Assembly (NCBI GenBank): GCA_002405835.1
Contig: DHMO01000042.1
Coordinates: 16,036-80,035 of the forward strand
Direction: 5' to 3'
Origin: Lentisphaeria bacterium UBA4640
Lineage (GTDB): Bacteria > Verrucomicrobiota > Lentisphaeria > Victivallales > UBA1829
Length of the DNA: 64,000 bases
Position 1 is the first letter of the stretch, and the number at the start of each line of letters is the position of its first letter. The notes under the pieces were generated by a model. The model was not told the origin of the DNA. It searched no databases and worked only from the letters and a program-made list of their open reading frames with translations. Positions 62,919-64,000 of the stretch are shown here, in pieces. Made by a program: the position numbers and the translations under genes.

Positions 62919-63950
62919 TCACGCTTTGGCTTTGTAGGCTTTGATCATCATCGGGATGACCTGGTTGAGGTCTCCGACGATTCCGTAGTGCGCAACCGAG
63001 AAGATCGGCGCGGCGGGATCGGTGTTGATCGCGATGATCTTTTTGCTTTCGCTCATGCCGGCGCAGTGCTGGACGGAGCCGCTGATGCCGCAGGCGATGT
63101 AAAGTTTCGGACGGACGGTGACACCGGTCTGACCGATCTGGTGGTCGTGGTCAATCCATCCGGCGTCAACTGCCGCGCGGGAGGCGCCGACTTCGCCGCC
63201 GAGCACCTGTGCGAGTTCGTGGATGAGCTTGAAGTTCTCTTTGGAACCGACACCGTAGCCGCCGGCGACGATGATCTGTGCGCCTTTGAGGTTCACGGTC
63301 TTGTCCTGACGGACGCGCTCAATGACCTTGACGACGGTTTCCGCCTGAGTGAGGGCGACGTCGACTTTGACGATTTCTCCGGTTGCTCCGGCTTTGGGCT
63401 CCGCCATTTTCATGACGCCTTCGCGGACGGTGACCATCTGGGGATCGTCCCAGGTGTTGACGATTGTCGCGATGATGTTTCCGCCGAATGCGGGACGGAT
63501 CTGCATGAGTTTGTTCTTGTAGAACTTCTTGTTGACCTTGTCGTCGAAGTCGTCGATTCTGAGGTCGGTGCAGTCTGCGGTGAGTCCGGCGAGCTTTTCG
63601 GAGGAGATGCGCGGGGCGAGTTCACGTCCCTTCATCGTCGCGCCGAAGAGCAGGATGTTCGGTTTGTGCTCGCGGATGAGGTCCATAATGACCTTTGCGA
63701 ACGGGAGAACCGTGAACGGTTCGAGGCGCGGGTCATCGGCGAGGAAAACTTTTTTGCAGCCGTATTCGAAGAGGGTTTTGCAGCAGTGTTCGACATTGGA
63801 GCCGAGGAGGACGCCTTCGACGTCGACTCCGAGCTGGGCGGCGAGTTCCGCGCCCTTGCTGACGAGTTCCAGACTGACGTCCGCGATCTTTCCGCCTTCC
63901 TGCTCAATAAAAACCCAGACATTTCCAATTTGTTCAGACATGTTAATCAC
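62919..63950 (-). CDS. etfA: Electron transfer flavoprotein alpha subunit
   Basis: 343 aa. Segments: IVAGGYGVG, ASRAAVDAGW..HDHQIGQTG..V.PKLYIACGISGSVQH..GM and IIAINTDP.APIF. The track start appears to be a GTG; an ATG (MSEQIGN) lies three codons downstream. Confidence 0.9.
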   Translation of the reverse strand: MINMSEQIGNVWVFIEQEGGKIADVSLELVSKGAELAAQLGVDVEGVLLGSNVEHCCKTLFEYGCKKVFLADDPRLEPFTVLPFAKVIMDLIREHKPNILLFGATMKGRELAPRISSEKLAGLTADCTDLRIDDFDDKVNKKFYKNKLMQIRPAFGGNIIATIVNTWDDPQMVTVREGVMKMAEPKAGATGEIVKVDVALTQAETVVKVIERVRQDKTVNLKGAQIIVAGGYGVGSKENFKLIHELAQVLGGEVGASRAAVDAGWIDHDHQIGQTGVTVRPKLYIACGISGSVQHCAGMSESKKIIAINTDPAAPIFSVAHYGIVGDLNQVIPMMIKAYKAKA

Positions 63951-64000
63951 CCTAATGTATGGTCTTCAATGAGTTCGTGAATGAGGTTCGTGACCCCGGT
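63947..64000 (-). CDS. etfB: Probable 3' end of the electron transfer flavoprotein beta subunit gene (17 codons in the window)
   Basis: The minus-strand frame reads ...TGVTNLIHELIEDHTLG* and its stop overlaps the etfA start (GTGA). The call rests mainly on the conserved etfB-etfA order. Confidence 0.35.
   Translation of the reverse strand, partial: TGVTNLIHELIEDHTLG

Noticed and set aside
60201-63980. A 1259-aa plus-strand ORF spanning purE, rpoZ, the acyl-CoA dehydrogenase gene and etfA.
   Set aside because: It lies antisense to four genes with unmistakable family signatures. Its product is low-complexity (rich in G, A, R, D, F and V) with no recognisable motifs. Long stop-free antisense frames are expected opposite GC3-rich genes.
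1-64000. rRNA and tRNA genes.
   Set aside because: All intergenic regions are under 560 nt, and the longer ones are AT-rich promoter or leader regions. I saw no cloverleaf-type GC-rich stems or conserved T-loop (GTTCRANNC)-like context, though I could not run tRNAscan or Infernal.

Overview
The window looks like a gene-dense chromosomal segment of a diderm bacterium, since lpxD and skp are present. It is mostly GC-rich, roughly 55-65% judged by eye and not computed. Gene content suggests an anaerobic PVC-group or Lentisphaerota-like organism, but that is inference only. I support about 60 protein-coding genes. I saw no rRNA, tRNA, CRISPR array, transposase or integrase.

Housekeeping genes:
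- DNA, RNA and translation: ruvB, cspA, glyQS, rsmG, rsmE, truA, tsaE, rpoZ.
- Metabolism: tkt, aroE, thiL, purE.
- A tightly coupled MEP-pathway cluster: ispF-folE-dtd-dxr-rseP-ispG.
- An etfB-etfA-acyl-CoA dehydrogenase cluster.
- A ptsH-trkA-trkH operon.
- A PLD-skp-lpxD-ykgJ envelope cluster.

Accessory content:
1. Two giant beta-helix repeat surface-protein genes. One (1-2524, minus strand) runs off the window and is absent from the ORF track. The other is a 1360-aa Pmp-repeat/FN3/FG-GAP chimera carried on a clearly AT-rich island (about 3640-8190).
2. A nine-gene, translationally coupled Tad-like operon (31745-40372, minus strand). It holds only the inner-membrane motor (cpaB, cpaF, tadB, tadC), with no pilin, prepilin peptidase or secretin. 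Instead it has an FHA-like domain fused to CpaF, a separate FHA/TM/periplasmic protein, DUF192, a five-PEGA lipoprotein and a polytopic membrane protein. This is my best candidate for an undescribed system.
3. A GntR/PBP-regulated three-gene carbohydrate operon.
4. A short UvrA paralog that lacks the UvrB-binding insert.
5. A predicted catalytically dead S41 peptidase homolog.

Many long ORFs in the track, up to 1259 aa, are antisense shadows of real genes, which is typical of GC-rich DNA. All family calls come from motif recognition by eye; no searches were run.
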